24,000 nt of DNA from an uncultured Tolumonas sp. (GTDB taxonomy: Bacteria > Pseudomonadota > Gammaproteobacteria > Enterobacterales > Aeromonadaceae), in the NCBI GenBank assembly GCA_937866945.1, contig CALMKU010000127.1, positions 1-24,000 on the forward strand. Reading direction: 5' to 3'. A model generated the notes under the pieces. It had not been told where the DNA came from, searched no databases, and saw nothing but the letters and a program-made list of their open reading frames with translations. This document shows positions 1-9,562 of the stretch, piece by piece. The position numbers were made by a program, and so were the translations under genes. How positions within the stretch are numbered: position 1 is the stretch's first letter; every line of letters starts with the position of its first letter.

Positions 1-1415
1 ACATAACGCTCACGCGCTTCAGCCGGATCGATGATTTCAACGACATCGGTCAATACCACACCTTGCTGTTCTGCAACACGACGAATCTCATCCGGGTTAC
101 CTAACAATACTGGGCGTGCAATACCACGTTCCGCACAGATAGCAGCAGCTTTGATTGTACGTGGTTCTTCACCTTCCGGCAGCACGATGCGTTTGTTTGC
201 TTTACGTGCACGTTCAGTCAGTTGGTAGCGGAATGCCGGTGGGCTCAGACGACGAGGATGGCTAGACTCAGAAGTCAGTGATTCCAACCAATGTTTGTCG
301 ATATGGCCTGCGACATAGTCTTGAACCAGTTCAATGCGTGAATTGTCATCGATTGGAATTTCAACGTTGAAATTCTGCAGGCTAACCGCAGTTTGCCAAG
401 TGTTGGTGTCGATCATCAAAATTGGCAGACCAGTCTGCATTGCCTGCTGACACAACGCCATCACTTGCGGCTCAGGATGGTAACCACCAGTCAGCAGCAA
501 TGCGCCCAGCTTAACGCCGTTCATTGCAGACAGACAGGCAGAGACAATCACATCAGAACGGTCGCCGGAGGTGACTAACAGGCTACCTGGTTTGAAGTGT
601 TGCACCATGTTATGAATAGAACGCGCACAGAAAGTCACAATGTTCAGACGACGGGTATAGATTTCGCCTTCATTGATGATTTTGGCATTCAGATGACGCG
701 CCAGATCGATTGCACGTGGTGCAATTAACTGCGCATTCCATGGAATACAACCCAGGATCTGCAATGGTGATTTACCAAAGAATTGCAGGATCTCTAATGG
801 GTTGCTGCCATTGTCACCCGTGTGGTGCGCTTCGAACATTTCAGTCAGATCAGGGCGGGTAATGCCGTGTTCGTCAACCGGAGCGCCGACTTTGTTGATG
901 ATACAGCCAACGATACGTTTGCTGTTGGCACCACCGAAGTTGGCACAAGCCAGTTCAATGCTTTCTTTCAGCTTCTGGCTGGAATAGTTACCCGGATGGG
1001 TGACCAACACGATGTCTGCGTCCAGAGCAGTCGCAATTTCATGATTCAGCTTATTCGCGAAAGGTTGCTTATCAACAGGCACCAAGCCTTCAATCACCAC
1101 CACTTCGGCACCACTCTCTATGATGTGTCTTTCATAGAGTGCGACAATCTCTTCTAGCAGAATCGCACTGTCGTTAGACGTAATCATATTCTCTGCATAT
1201 TGCAGGGAGAGTGGTTCAGGAGGTGTGATGTTTGAACCGGCACGAATGACGGCAGTTGATGTTTCTGGGCCAGATTGGCCAGGTCTCGGTTGAGCTACCG
1301 GTTTAAAAAAGCTTACGTTAACGCCATGACGCTCCATTGCCCGGACCATGCCCAGACTTACAGAGGTGACGCCAACGCCGGTGCCAATCGGGATAAGCAT
1401 GATTGTACGAGCCAC
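1..1415 (-). CDS. pta: Phosphate acetyltransferase Pta, N-terminal ~471 codons; the 3' end runs off the left edge of the window
   Basis: Absent from the ORF track because it has no stop in the window. Reverse-strand translation from GTG (1415-1413) gives (M)[42 protein letters not shown]..., collinear with the E. coli Pta N-terminus as I recall it ([32 protein letters not shown]...). An AAGGGGA Shine-Dalgarno lies about 6 nt upstream. The frame stays open to position 1. It sits immediately downstream of ackA, as in the canonical ackA-pta operon. Confidence 0.93.
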   Translation of the reverse strand, partial: MARTIMLIPIGTGVGVTSVSLGMVRAMERHGVNVSFFKPVAQPRPGQSGPETSTAVIRAGSNITPPEPLSLQYAENMITSNDSAILLEEIVALYERHIIESGAEVVVIEGLVPVDKQPFANKLNHEIATALDADIVLVTHPGNYSSQKLKESIELACANFGGANSKRIVGCIINKVGAPVDEHGITRPDLTEMFEAHHTGDNGSNPLEILQFFGKSPLQILGCIPWNAQLIAPRAIDLARHLNAKIINEGEIYTRRLNIVTFCARSIHNMVQHFKPGSLLVTSGDRSDVIVSACLSAMNGVKLGALLLTGGYHPEPQVMALCQQAMQTGLPILMIDTNTWQTAVSLQNFNVEIPIDDNSRIELVQDYVAGHIDKHWLESLTSESSHPRRLSPPAFRYQLTERARKANKRIVLPEGEEPRTIKAAAICAERGIARPVLLGNPDEIRRVAEQQGVVLTDVVEIIDPAEARERY

Positions 1416-1446
1416 TTAATATCCCCTTGTTTCGACGGTTTATCTA

Positions 1447-1476
1447 CTAATGAAAAGGCTGCCCGTAGGCAGCCTT
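1447..1476 (-). terminator. Terminator-like GC-rich hairpin in the ackA-pta intergenic spacer (possible partial terminator or mRNA stabiliser)
   Basis: Perfect 9-bp stem AAGGCTGCC (1455-1463) / GGCAGCCTT (1468-1476) with a 4-nt loop. On the minus (transcribed) strand it is followed by TTTTCATT. Confidence 0.4.
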
Positions 1477-1491
1477 GAGTATTCTATCTTA

Positions 1492-2688
1492 TCAGGCGAC
1501 CAAATTCGCCGCATCTCGTGCAATCACCCACTCTTCGTTAGTAGGGATCACCATGGCAACCGTGCTGCCTGGTTCAGAGATGATACCCTGTTTACCAAAG
1601 CGAGTAGCAAGGTTGGCTTCGGTGCTGACTTTAAAGCCCAGCAGACCGAGACGATTTAACGTCAGTTCACGAATAGGCGCAGAATTTTCACCAATACCAC
1701 CAGTGAAGACAACAGCATCTAAACGTCCATCCAATGCAGCGGTGTAACTAGCGATGTATTTTGCCAGACGATAGCAGTAAATATCCATCGCTCGTTTCGC
1801 TTCTTCTTTAGTTTCGTAGTTATCTTCGACGAAACGGCAGTCGCTGGTGACTTGAGTCAGACCTTGCAGGCCAGATTCTTTAGTCAGGATCTTGTGAATA
1901 TCATCCAGACTCATCCCCAGAGCATCATGCAGATGGAAAATGATAGCCGGATCAATATCACCACAACGGGTGCCCATGACCAGACCTTCTAACGGTGTCA
2001 TACCCATTGACGTATCAACAGAATGGCCACCTTTGATCGCACACACCGAACCACCGTTACCCAAATGACAGTTGATGATGTTCAACTCTTCAACTGGCTT
2101 GTTCAGTATTTCAGCAGCTTTCAGGCTGATATAGTAATGGCTGGTGCCATGCATACCATAGCGACGGATACCGTTGTCGGTGTATAACTGATAAGGCAAC
2201 GCATACAGATAAGCCTGTTCAGGCATGGTCTGATGGAAAGCCGTATCGAATACCGCAACATTTGGTAATGATGGGAATGCATGCTTCGCAGCACTGATCC
2301 CAACCAAATGCGCAGGGTTATGCAGCGGTGCTAATGTGCTGCAATCTTCAATACCTTTTACCACATCGTCATCAATCACGACTGATTGAGTAAACTTCTC
2401 ACCACCATGAACGACGCGATGACCGATAGCTATCAGCTCAGCCGCTAATTCTGGTTTGTTCGGCAGGATGGTTTGTACGATAAAATCAAGGGCTTCCTGG
2501 TGAGCGGCACCCACACCTAAATCGGCGCTGCCTTTTGCTCCATCCAGTTTCCACTTGATTCTGGCGTCATCGAGGTGTAAACATTCGGCAATGCCTGAGA
2601 GTTTTTCATCACCAGAGGTGGCGTCAATCACGGCAAACTTCAAAGAAGAACTACCGCAGTTAAGTACAAGAACCAACTTGCTACTCAT
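1492..2688 (-). CDS. ackA: Acetate kinase
   Basis: 398-aa ORF starting [23 protein letters not shown]..., the conserved acetate kinase N-terminal ATP-binding signature. Full-length collinearity with enterobacterial AckA. Followed by pta. Confidence 0.97.
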   Translation of the reverse strand: MSSKLVLVLNCGSSSLKFAVIDATSGDEKLSGIAECLHLDDARIKWKLDGAKGSADLGVGAAHQEALDFIVQTILPNKPELAAELIAIGHRVVHGGEKFTQSVVIDDDVVKGIEDCSTLAPLHNPAHLVGISAAKHAFPSLPNVAVFDTAFHQTMPEQAYLYALPYQLYTDNGIRRYGMHGTSHYYISLKAAEILNKPVEELNIINCHLGNGGSVCAIKGGHSVDTSMGMTPLEGLVMGTRCGDIDPAIIFHLHDALGMSLDDIHKILTKESGLQGLTQVTSDCRFVEDNYETKEEAKRAMDIYCYRLAKYIASYTAALDGRLDAVVFTGGIGENSAPIRELTLNRLGLLGFKVSTEANLATRFGKQGIISEPGSTVAMVIPTNEEWVIARDAANLVA

Positions 2689-2732
2689 TCACTAATCCTA
2701 AAGTATGGGTTTCTAACAATATAGTTACGGAT

Positions 2733-2754
2733 ATGTTTAAAATTTGTTAAACAT
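2733..2754. promoter_or_regulatory. 22-bp inverted repeat ATGTTTAA-N6-TTAAACAT in the divergent ackA/yfbV control region; candidate operator, regulator unknown
   Basis: Perfect 8-bp arms read directly from the sequence, 45-66 nt upstream of the ackA start codon. The half-sites contain GTTAA, which is reminiscent of ArcA half-sites. It does not fit FNR (TTGAT-N4-ATCAA) or CRP (TGTGA-N6-TCACA). Confidence 0.3.
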
Positions 2755-2967
2755 AGGCAGCAAATATAGCATATGCTTATGTCAGGATCCCACTGTTTAC
2801 CACTTATTGGGGCAATCAATAGGCCCAGACTAAGTGGTGTATATTTTCTGTTAAAACACGAGGTTTTGAGGTGAGAAGAATACAGTGGAAGCCGCAAAAC
2901 AACAAAGATTTCTTATTTACTTAACTGTGAGTTAAAGTTAGAAAAATGGCGGAAAGGGGGAAGTAGT

Positions 2968-3390
2968 ATGAAATCTTTCGGCAAGACTCTGACACATGGT
3001 TCCGACTATTCTTCTGTCTGGCCTTCGCAACCCGAACTTGCGCCTATTTTCCCTGAGCAACGCATCATCTATTTGCTCAACTGGGGAAAACGGATCATCC
3101 CTGCCTTGATTGTGCTTAGTGGCTGTTTACAGTTGCAGTGGGGCAATGCGGCCAACTGGCCAACTTTTATTGCCAGTTGCCTGTTTGCATTGAGTTTACC
3201 GGTGCAGGGCTATTATTGGCTTGGGCGGCGTGCTGATACACAATTACCTCCTTCACTGTCGCGTTGGTACTTTGATATCAACCAGAAAATGAATTGTGCA
3301 CCGTCAGTGAACCGACCCAGCTATTTTGATTTAGCCACCACGCTGCGCAAAGCGTTTGAGCAACTGGATCGGGTGTTTTTGTTTCAGTGA
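2968..3390 (+). CDS. yfbV: UPF0208 family inner-membrane protein (YfbV-like)
   Basis: 140-aa ORF with a GGGGGA RBS. Two central hydrophobic helices. Motifs WP..(E/K)LAP.FPE.R, LP.QG..WLG.R and a C-terminal LRKAFEQLDR.FL match my recollection of the YfbV family. It is divergent from ackA, as in E. coli. Confidence 0.8.
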   Translation: MKSFGKTLTHGSDYSSVWPSQPELAPIFPEQRIIYLLNWGKRIIPALIVLSGCLQLQWGNAANWPTFIASCLFALSLPVQGYYWLGRRADTQLPPSLSRWYFDINQKMNCAPSVNRPSYFDLATTLRKAFEQLDRVFLFQ

Positions 3391-4137
3391 TTAGTAGTTG
3401 GCCTTGATGCCATAAGAAACCAGAATTTCTTTCAGGTGTTCCATGACTTCTTTTTTCGGAGGGTGGACACCATCTAATTCGTATTTTTCGCCCATGGCTG
3501 TCCATTTATGCTTGCCTAATTCGTGGTAGGGCAGCATTTCCACTTTTTCTACTTTGCCTTCCAGTTCATCCCGAATGAATGCGCCCAGTGCATGCGCACC
3601 AGCATCGTCATCACTCCAGCCTGGTACCACAACATAGCGGATCCACATCGTTTTGCCTTTCTTAGCCAGATAACGAGCAAATTCTAGGCAATATTTATTA
3701 CTGACATGGGTCAGTGGAATATGAATATCATCGTTCATATGTTTGATATCTAACATCACCAGATCAGTTTGATCCAATAATGCATCTAACTCGGCATCGT
3801 AATGACGGATAAAACCGTTAGTGTCTAAACAGGTGTGAATACCCTGTGCTTTACAGGCTTTGAACCACTCGGTGACAAATTCTTTTTGCAGTGTCGCTTC
3901 ACCACCGGATGCGGTAACACCACCACCGGATGATTTCATATACTGACGATATGCCAGCAGATCTTTCATGAGGTCATCGACAGTCACTTCTTTACCGCCT
4001 TCGGTATCCCAGGTGTCACGGTTATGACAATATTTACAGCGCATCAAACAGCCCTGCATAAACGCGATGAAACGGATCCCCGGACCATCTACCGTTCCGC
4101 AAGTCTCAATAGAATGAATACGGCCTTTAATTGTCAT
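3391..4137 (-). CDS. pflA: Pyruvate formate-lyase activating enzyme (radical SAM activase)
   Basis: 248-aa [47 protein letters not shown], with the radical-SAM CxxxCxxC cluster motif. GGAG RBS. Immediately downstream of pflB. Confidence 0.96.
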   Translation of the reverse strand: MTIKGRIHSIETCGTVDGPGIRFIAFMQGCLMRCKYCHNRDTWDTEGGKEVTVDDLMKDLLAYRQYMKSSGGGVTASGGEATLQKEFVTEWFKACKAQGIHTCLDTNGFIRHYDAELDALLDQTDLVMLDIKHMNDDIHIPLTHVSNKYCLEFARYLAKKGKTMWIRYVVVPGWSDDDAGAHALGAFIRDELEGKVEKVEMLPYHELGKHKWTAMGEKYELDGVHPPKKEVMEHLKEILVSYGIKANY

Positions 4138-4232
4138 AGTTAACTCCAGAATACTTCTTTATTAATGTTCATTTTATTACAGATTGATACGCTGAGCACG
4201 GAGACATAGTTCAAAGCTGGATATTAATCCAT

Positions 4233-4268
4233 AAAAAAACCCCGACTGTTGCCAGCCGGGGTTTTTTA
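4233..4268 (-). terminator. Rho-independent terminator after pflB (flanked by A and T runs, so potentially bidirectional)
   Basis: On the minus strand: CCCCGGCTG-gcaa-CAGTCGGGG (9-bp stem with one G-U pair) followed by TTTTTTTAT, 15 nt after the pflB stop codon. Confidence 0.8.
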
Positions 4269-4282
4269 CAGAACGAAGCTTA

Positions 4283-6565
4283 TTACATGGACTGTGTGAA
4301 AGTACGAGTAATAACGTCTTGCTGTTGTTCTTTAGTCAGTGAGTTGAAACGCACTGCGTAACCAGATACACGGATAGTCAGCTGAGGATATTTCTCAGGA
4401 TTTTCCATCGCGTCCAGCAGCATTTCGCGGTTCATTACGTTCACGTTCAGGTGTTGACCACCTTCGATGTTCGCTTCGTGATGGAAGTAACCGTCCATCA
4501 GACCAACCAGGTTTGCTTTCTGAGAATCAGTTTCTTTACCCAGCGCATTTGGAACGATAGAGAAGGTATAAGAGATACCGTCTTTTGCGTAAGCAAATGG
4601 CAGTTTAGCAACTGAAGTCAGAGATGCTACCGCACCTTTCTGGTCACGGCCGTGCATTGGGTTAGCACCTGGTCCGAATGGCGCGCCTGAACGACGACCA
4701 TCTGGAGTGTTACCAGTTTTCTTACCATAAACTACGTTAGAAGTAATGGTCAGAACTGACTGAGTTGGGATCGCATTACGGTAAGTTTTGCGATGTTGGA
4801 TCTTAGTCATGAAACGTTCAACCAGATCACAAGCGATGCTATCTACGCGCTCATCGTTGTTACCAAATTGTGGGTATTCACCTTCGATTTCGAAGTCAAC
4901 AGCGATGCCGTCTTCGTCACGAATAGGTTTAACTTTCGCATATTTGATAGCAGACAGAGAGTCAGCAGTGATAGACAGACCAGCGATACCACAAGCCATA
5001 GTACGGATAACATCACGGTCGTGCAGAGCCAGCTGAATTGCTTCGTAGCTGTATTTGTCATGCATGTAGTGAATGATATTCAGTGCGGTGACGTATTGAG
5101 TTGCCAGCCATTCCATGAAATGGTCCAGACGGTCCATAACATCGTCGTAATCCAGGTATTCAGATTTAACAGGTTCAGTTTTAGGACCGATCTGAATTTT
5201 CAGTTTTTCGTCCATACCGCCATTGATTGCGTACAGCATGGTTTTTGCCAGGTTTGCTCGGGCACCGAAGAACTGCATTTGTTTACCAATAACCATTGGT
5301 GATACGCAACAAGCGATAGCATAGTCATCGTTGTTGAAATCGTTACGCATCAGGTCATCGTTTTCGTACTGAACTGAAGAAGTATCGATAGATACTTTAG
5401 CGCAGTATTTTTTGAAGCCCATTGGCAGGTCTTCAGACCACAGGATGGTCATGTTTGGCTCTGGAGATGGGCCCATGGTGTACAGTGTGTTCAGGTAACG
5501 GAAAGAAGATTTAGTTACCAGAGTACGGCCGTCAACACCCATACCACCCAGAGATTCTGTTGCCCAAATTGGGTCGCCAGAGAACAGTGTGTCGTATTCA
5601 GGAGTACGCAGGAAACGCACCATACGCAGTTTCATGATCAGGTGATCGATGATTTCCTGAGCGTCAGCTTCAGTCAACAGACCTTTCTGAATGTCACGTT
5701 CAAAGTATACGTCCAGGAAAGTTGCAGTACGGCCGAAAGACATTGCAGCACCGTTCTGGCTCTTAACTGCGCCCAGGTAGCCGAAGTAAGTCCATTGTAC
5801 CGCTTCTTGAGCTGTAGTTGCTGGACCAGAGATATCGCAACCGTATTTAGCGGCCATGATTTTCAGCTGGTTCAGTGCACGGTGTTGTTCAGAGATTTCT
5901 TCACGCAGACGGATAGTCGCTTCCAGATCTTCGCCAGCTTCCATTTTTGCTTGCAGAGATTTGAACTGAGCCAGTTTGTCAGCCATCAGGAAGTCAATAC
6001 CGTACAGTGCTACACGACGGTAATCACCGATGATACGGCCACGGCCATACGCATCAGGCAAACCGGTGATAACACCAGATTTACGACAGTTCAGGATGTC
6101 TTTGGTGTAAACATCAAATACGCCCTGGTTGTGCGTTTTACGGTATTCAGTGAAGATTTTCTTAACTTGTGGGTCTAGTTTACGACCGTAAACTTCACAA
6201 GAGCCTTCAACCATTTTGATACCACCGAAAGCGACGATAGCGCGTTTCAACGGTTTTTCAGTCTGCAGACCAACGATCTTTTCCAGATCTTTGTTGATAT
6301 AGCCGGCATCATGAGAAGTGATGGTTGACGGCAGGTCAGTATCAAAGTCTACAGGAGCATGAGTGCGGTTTTCTTCCTTGATGCCTTCCATAACCTGTTC
6401 CCACAGCTTAGCTGTAGCATCAGATTCGCCAGCCAGGAAGGACTCATCACCCTCGTAAGGGGTGTAGTTTTTCTGGATGAAATCACGGGTGTTTACTTCT
6501 GACTGCCATGCACCAGGAGTAAAACCTTCCCAAGCTTTCAGACATTTTTCACTTAACTCTGCCAT
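4283..6565 (-). CDS. pflB: Formate C-acetyltransferase (pyruvate formate-lyase, glycyl radical enzyme)
   Basis: 760-aa ORF, the same length as E. coli PflB. C-terminal glycyl-radical motif [11 protein letters not shown] and active-site Cys-Cys (IACCVSP). GAAGAGG RBS. Confidence 0.98.
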   Translation of the reverse strand: MAELSEKCLKAWEGFTPGAWQSEVNTRDFIQKNYTPYEGDESFLAGESDATAKLWEQVMEGIKEENRTHAPVDFDTDLPSTITSHDAGYINKDLEKIVGLQTEKPLKRAIVAFGGIKMVEGSCEVYGRKLDPQVKKIFTEYRKTHNQGVFDVYTKDILNCRKSGVITGLPDAYGRGRIIGDYRRVALYGIDFLMADKLAQFKSLQAKMEAGEDLEATIRLREEISEQHRALNQLKIMAAKYGCDISGPATTAQEAVQWTYFGYLGAVKSQNGAAMSFGRTATFLDVYFERDIQKGLLTEADAQEIIDHLIMKLRMVRFLRTPEYDTLFSGDPIWATESLGGMGVDGRTLVTKSSFRYLNTLYTMGPSPEPNMTILWSEDLPMGFKKYCAKVSIDTSSVQYENDDLMRNDFNNDDYAIACCVSPMVIGKQMQFFGARANLAKTMLYAINGGMDEKLKIQIGPKTEPVKSEYLDYDDVMDRLDHFMEWLATQYVTALNIIHYMHDKYSYEAIQLALHDRDVIRTMACGIAGLSITADSLSAIKYAKVKPIRDEDGIAVDFEIEGEYPQFGNNDERVDSIACDLVERFMTKIQHRKTYRNAIPTQSVLTITSNVVYGKKTGNTPDGRRSGAPFGPGANPMHGRDQKGAVASLTSVAKLPFAYAKDGISYTFSIVPNALGKETDSQKANLVGLMDGYFHHEANIEGGQHLNVNVMNREMLLDAMENPEKYPQLTIRVSGYAVRFNSLTKEQQQDVITRTFTQSM

Positions 6566-6622
6566 TTTTTCATTACCTCTTCGGTATTGATGTATGAATT
6601 TCCAAGGGCAACACTGAATGAA

Positions 6623-7453
6623 TTAGTGGTGACGACGGAAAATGAACCAGTATGTAAGACCAACCATTACACCACCGCCAATAATATTGCCGATAGTGAC
6701 AGGGATAAGATTATTAATAACAAAATTTTGAATCGTCAGATCAGCATAAACTGATTGCTGGACACCGATAGAAGTCCAGAATTCAGGTGCCGCAAAATTT
6801 TCAATTGCAATGCCAACTGGGATCATGAACATGTTGGCAATACTATGTTCGAAACCAGATGCCACGAACATGGCAACAGGCAGAATCATAATTAATGCTT
6901 TGTCAGTCATGGTGCGGCCACCAAAAGCCATCCATGCAGCCAGACACACCATCAGGTTACACATAATGCCTAAAGCAACAGCTTCAATGAATGTATGATG
7001 AATTTTATGCTGTGCCACAGATAATGCAACTTTACCCCATTGACCTTCGCCGGCAGTATATTGGCTACCTAACATAATGAGGGCAACGATCAGCAAACCA
7101 CCAATCAGGTTACCGAAGTAGACTACACCCCAGTTTTTCAGCATTTGACCCCAAGTGATGCGATTTGCTGCACGGGCCACCAGAGTAAGTGTAGTTGATG
7201 TAAATAACTCACCGCCCAACAATACACATAAAATCAGACCTAATGAGAAGCAGATCCCGCCAACCAGCTTATTGTTACCAGTTGAAAGAGCCGTAATGTA
7301 GAAAACAAAGGCAATAGCAATGAAAGCCCCGGCGGTGATAGCTAAGGTAAACGCTTTAGCAGCAGGTTTGGTTGCTTTGCCATGGACAATGTCTTCAGCT
7401 ACTGCGGCTATTGCTTCGGGCTTCAGACAATCAAAAGGAGATTCTGCTTTCAC
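6623..7453 (-). CDS. focA: Formate channel FocA (formate/nitrite transporter family)
   Basis: 276-aa ORF, (M)KAESPFDCLKPEA...LVGGICFSLGLILCV...FEHSIANMF..., collinear with E. coli FocA. The start is GTG (7453-7451). An in-frame TGA 18 nt upstream excludes any earlier start. Followed by pflB. Confidence 0.95.
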   Translation of the reverse strand: MKAESPFDCLKPEAIAAVAEDIVHGKATKPAAKAFTLAITAGAFIAIAFVFYITALSTGNNKLVGGICFSLGLILCVLLGGELFTSTTLTLVARAANRITWGQMLKNWGVVYFGNLIGGLLIVALIMLGSQYTAGEGQWGKVALSVAQHKIHHTFIEAVALGIMCNLMVCLAAWMAFGGRTMTDKALIMILPVAMFVASGFEHSIANMFMIPVGIAIENFAAPEFWTSIGVQQSVYADLTIQNFVINNLIPVTIGNIIGGGVMVGLTYWFIFRRHH

Positions 7454-7487
7454 GGAATTTACACCTGTAAGTCACTATATTGACGTA

Positions 7488-7529
7488 ATGATAGCAACAA
7501 TGATTTCCTGCAAAATTGCTCCAGATCAA
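7488..7529 (-). promoter_or_regulatory. Candidate FNR-dependent class II promoter for focA-pflB: FNR-like box plus -10 hexamer
   Basis: TTGCT-CCAG-ATCAA at 7516-7529 matches 9 of 10 positions of the FNR consensus TTGAT-N4-ATCAA. A minus-strand TATCAT hexamer lies at 7493-7488. That puts the box centre about 41 nt upstream of the predicted start near 7481, the spacing expected for class II FNR activation. Confidence 0.45.
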
Positions 7530-7630
7530 GTCTCGCCAGTCATCATGTAATTTTATTACATTTAATTCGGGAAAAGCTGGACGCTATTTGCGCAACTTGC
7601 AGATGCTCAGGAGATCGCTATTACTTGGTG

Positions 7631-7661
7631 CAAAGAATAAGACCCGGTGTTGCCGGGCCTT
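7631..7661 (-). terminator. Probable intrinsic terminator after ycaO
   Basis: Minus strand AAGGCCCGG-caaca-CCGGGTCTT (9 bp including one G-U pair), then ATTCTTTG, about 45 nt after the ycaO stop. Confidence 0.5.
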
Positions 7662-7705
7662 ATTTGGATTAATTAAATAAACAAAATCATATGTTTATTT
7701 GTTGT

Positions 7706-9466
7706 TTAACGTTGTTCATGAAATGCTTGTTTGGCTTTCTGCAGTTTGGCATAAGCCTGAAGCAGCTTTTGATGGCTCTTGAAAGTTTGCAACGTAGAAT
7801 CAGCAACTTGCATTCCAAAGAAGCGTTCATTGCTTTGAATATGAGCCCATGTCTGGCGGACAATATCGTCACCGAACATGCGATTGAAAGTAGTTAAATA
7901 CTGCTCCGGATCTCGTTCTTCGTCGAGGAACAACTCCAGGCTGGCATTCAGACAGCGGAAAAACAGCGCCCGTTCAGCAGAAAAAACAGAACTGTTAAAG
8001 TCTAATGTCCAGCCAGACCATTCCTGTGCCAACTCTAATTCACCGGCAGCCAGTGCCAGTAGGCATTTTAGTTCCCCGATACGGAGTGTATGCCAGGCGG
8101 TGCCTTTGTCAGCAGCAATACCCAGTAATTCGCGTACACGAGTCTGATCATCAAAACCTTCTTCATCTAACTGATCAAACAGTGCGAGGTATTGTTCTTG
8201 TTCCCATTCACTACCGGGCAGGCTGAGGATGGTATCTCGCAGGTGGCTACCCATGGTGTTGTTGGCGTACAGTAAGTCTTCTACCGGGTAAATATCGGAC
8301 ATGCCTGGTACTAGGATGCGGCATGCATACACACCTAGATGCTCATAGTCTGTGATATAAACCGGTTGTTTTAATGCATCAAAAATGGCCAACAGCCCAT
8401 TGAATTCTTTTTCTGTAGTGCCGGAAAAATCCCAATCCACAAATTCATAGTCAGCTTCATCTTTGAACAGATCCCAGCTGATTAATCCGGATGAATCGAT
8501 AAAATGTGTTTCCAGATTATGCTGATCCGCCACATCGTCGTTATTGAAAGATGGTGGTGCAAACACATCCAGATCTTTCAATCCACGACCTTGCAACAGC
8601 TCTGTCACAGTACGTTCAAAGGCAACTTCAAATTGCGGATGCGCGCCGAAGGAAGCAAAACAGGTGCTATTTTGTGGATTAAACAAAATAACGCAGATCA
8701 CGGGGAATTGACCGCCTAATGATGCGTCATAACAGAGAATAGGGAACCCTTCCTGTTCCAGCGTACTGATCGCTTCTTTGATAGTGGGGAAACGATCAAT
8801 GACGTTTGTCGGAATAGCAGGCAGGCTGATCGCTTCACGAATGATTTTATTTTTTACATAACGTTCGAACACTTCCGATAATGCCTGTGTTCTGGCTTCC
8901 ATCATTGTGTTACCAGCACTCATCCCGTTAGATACATACAGGTTGGCAACGATGTTCATCGGAATATATACCGTCTGCTGATTGTCCTGACGTACAAATG
9001 GCAGGGCACAGATGCCACGTTCGTCATTACCGGATTGCAGATCGATCAGCATATCGGCAGTGAGTTCTTGCTCCGGGTTGTAATAAGCGCGGGTAAACTC
9101 ATCTAGCATACCCGCAGGGAATGAGCCGTCTTCAGGTACCGGAAACCATTTTTCATTTGGGTAATGTACAAATGGAGCGTTAGCGATCTCATCGCCTAGA
9201 AAGAAGTCGGCAAAAAAATAGTTAGTGGAAAGACGCTCAAAATATTCACCTAACGCCGAAGCTAGTGCCGCTTTTTGGGTTGCCCCTTTGCCATTGGTAA
9301 AACAAAGCGGGCAGTCTTTATCCCGAATATGAACAGACCAGACGTTAGGTACGGGGTTAAGCCATGATGCTTCTTCAATATTAAAGCCGAGAGCTTGTAA
9401 TTTGTTCTGGAAGCGGGAGATTGAATCTTCCAGTGCGGCATCTTTACCTGGGATGAAGGTTTGCAT
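7706..9466 (-). CDS. ycaO: YcaO-family ATP-dependent protein, E. coli YcaO type (accessory factor for RimO methylthiolation of ribosomal protein S12)
   Basis: 586-aa ORF, the same length as E. coli YcaO. It starts MQTFIPGKDAALEDSISRFQNKL..., near-identical to the E. coli N-terminus. High collinearity throughout (LASALGEYFERLSTNYFFADF, VSNGMSAGNT, TVTELLQGRGLKDLDVF). It is upstream of focA, as in E. coli. Confidence 0.95.
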   Translation of the reverse strand: MQTFIPGKDAALEDSISRFQNKLQALGFNIEEASWLNPVPNVWSVHIRDKDCPLCFTNGKGATQKAALASALGEYFERLSTNYFFADFFLGDEIANAPFVHYPNEKWFPVPEDGSFPAGMLDEFTRAYYNPEQELTADMLIDLQSGNDERGICALPFVRQDNQQTVYIPMNIVANLYVSNGMSAGNTMMEARTQALSEVFERYVKNKIIREAISLPAIPTNVIDRFPTIKEAISTLEQEGFPILCYDASLGGQFPVICVILFNPQNSTCFASFGAHPQFEVAFERTVTELLQGRGLKDLDVFAPPSFNNDDVADQHNLETHFIDSSGLISWDLFKDEADYEFVDWDFSGTTEKEFNGLLAIFDALKQPVYITDYEHLGVYACRILVPGMSDIYPVEDLLYANNTMGSHLRDTILSLPGSEWEQEQYLALFDQLDEEGFDDQTRVRELLGIAADKGTAWHTLRIGELKCLLALAAGELELAQEWSGWTLDFNSSVFSAERALFFRCLNASLELFLDEERDPEQYLTTFNRMFGDDIVRQTWAHIQSNERFFGMQVADSTLQTFKSHQKLLQAYAKLQKAKQAFHEQR

Positions 9467-9562
9467 ATGCGGGTTCCGAGTGTTGATAAATTGTTAAAGC
9501 ATAGCCGCTGATCATATGCTGTGAACTTGCTTATGTCACTCTTCCTGCGACTTCGTGATTGT

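Noticed and set aside
2685-2897. 70-aa minus-strand ORF upstream of ackA whose stop overlaps the ackA ATG (ATGA), suggesting a coupled upstream ORF
   Set aside because: It starts at TTG with no internal ATG and no RBS. It runs through AT-rich promoter DNA, and its Cys/Ile-rich translation looks random. The overlap with the ackA start is most likely coincidental.
4788-6178. Long plus-strand ORFs (82, 169 and 178 aa) antisense to pflB, and a 72-aa minus-strand out-of-frame ORF
   Set aside because: They lie entirely inside the strongly supported 760-aa pflB reading frame. Their low-complexity, Val/Phe/Ser-rich translations have no recognisable motifs or RBS. These are typical mirror-frame artefacts of a codon-biased, highly expressed gene.
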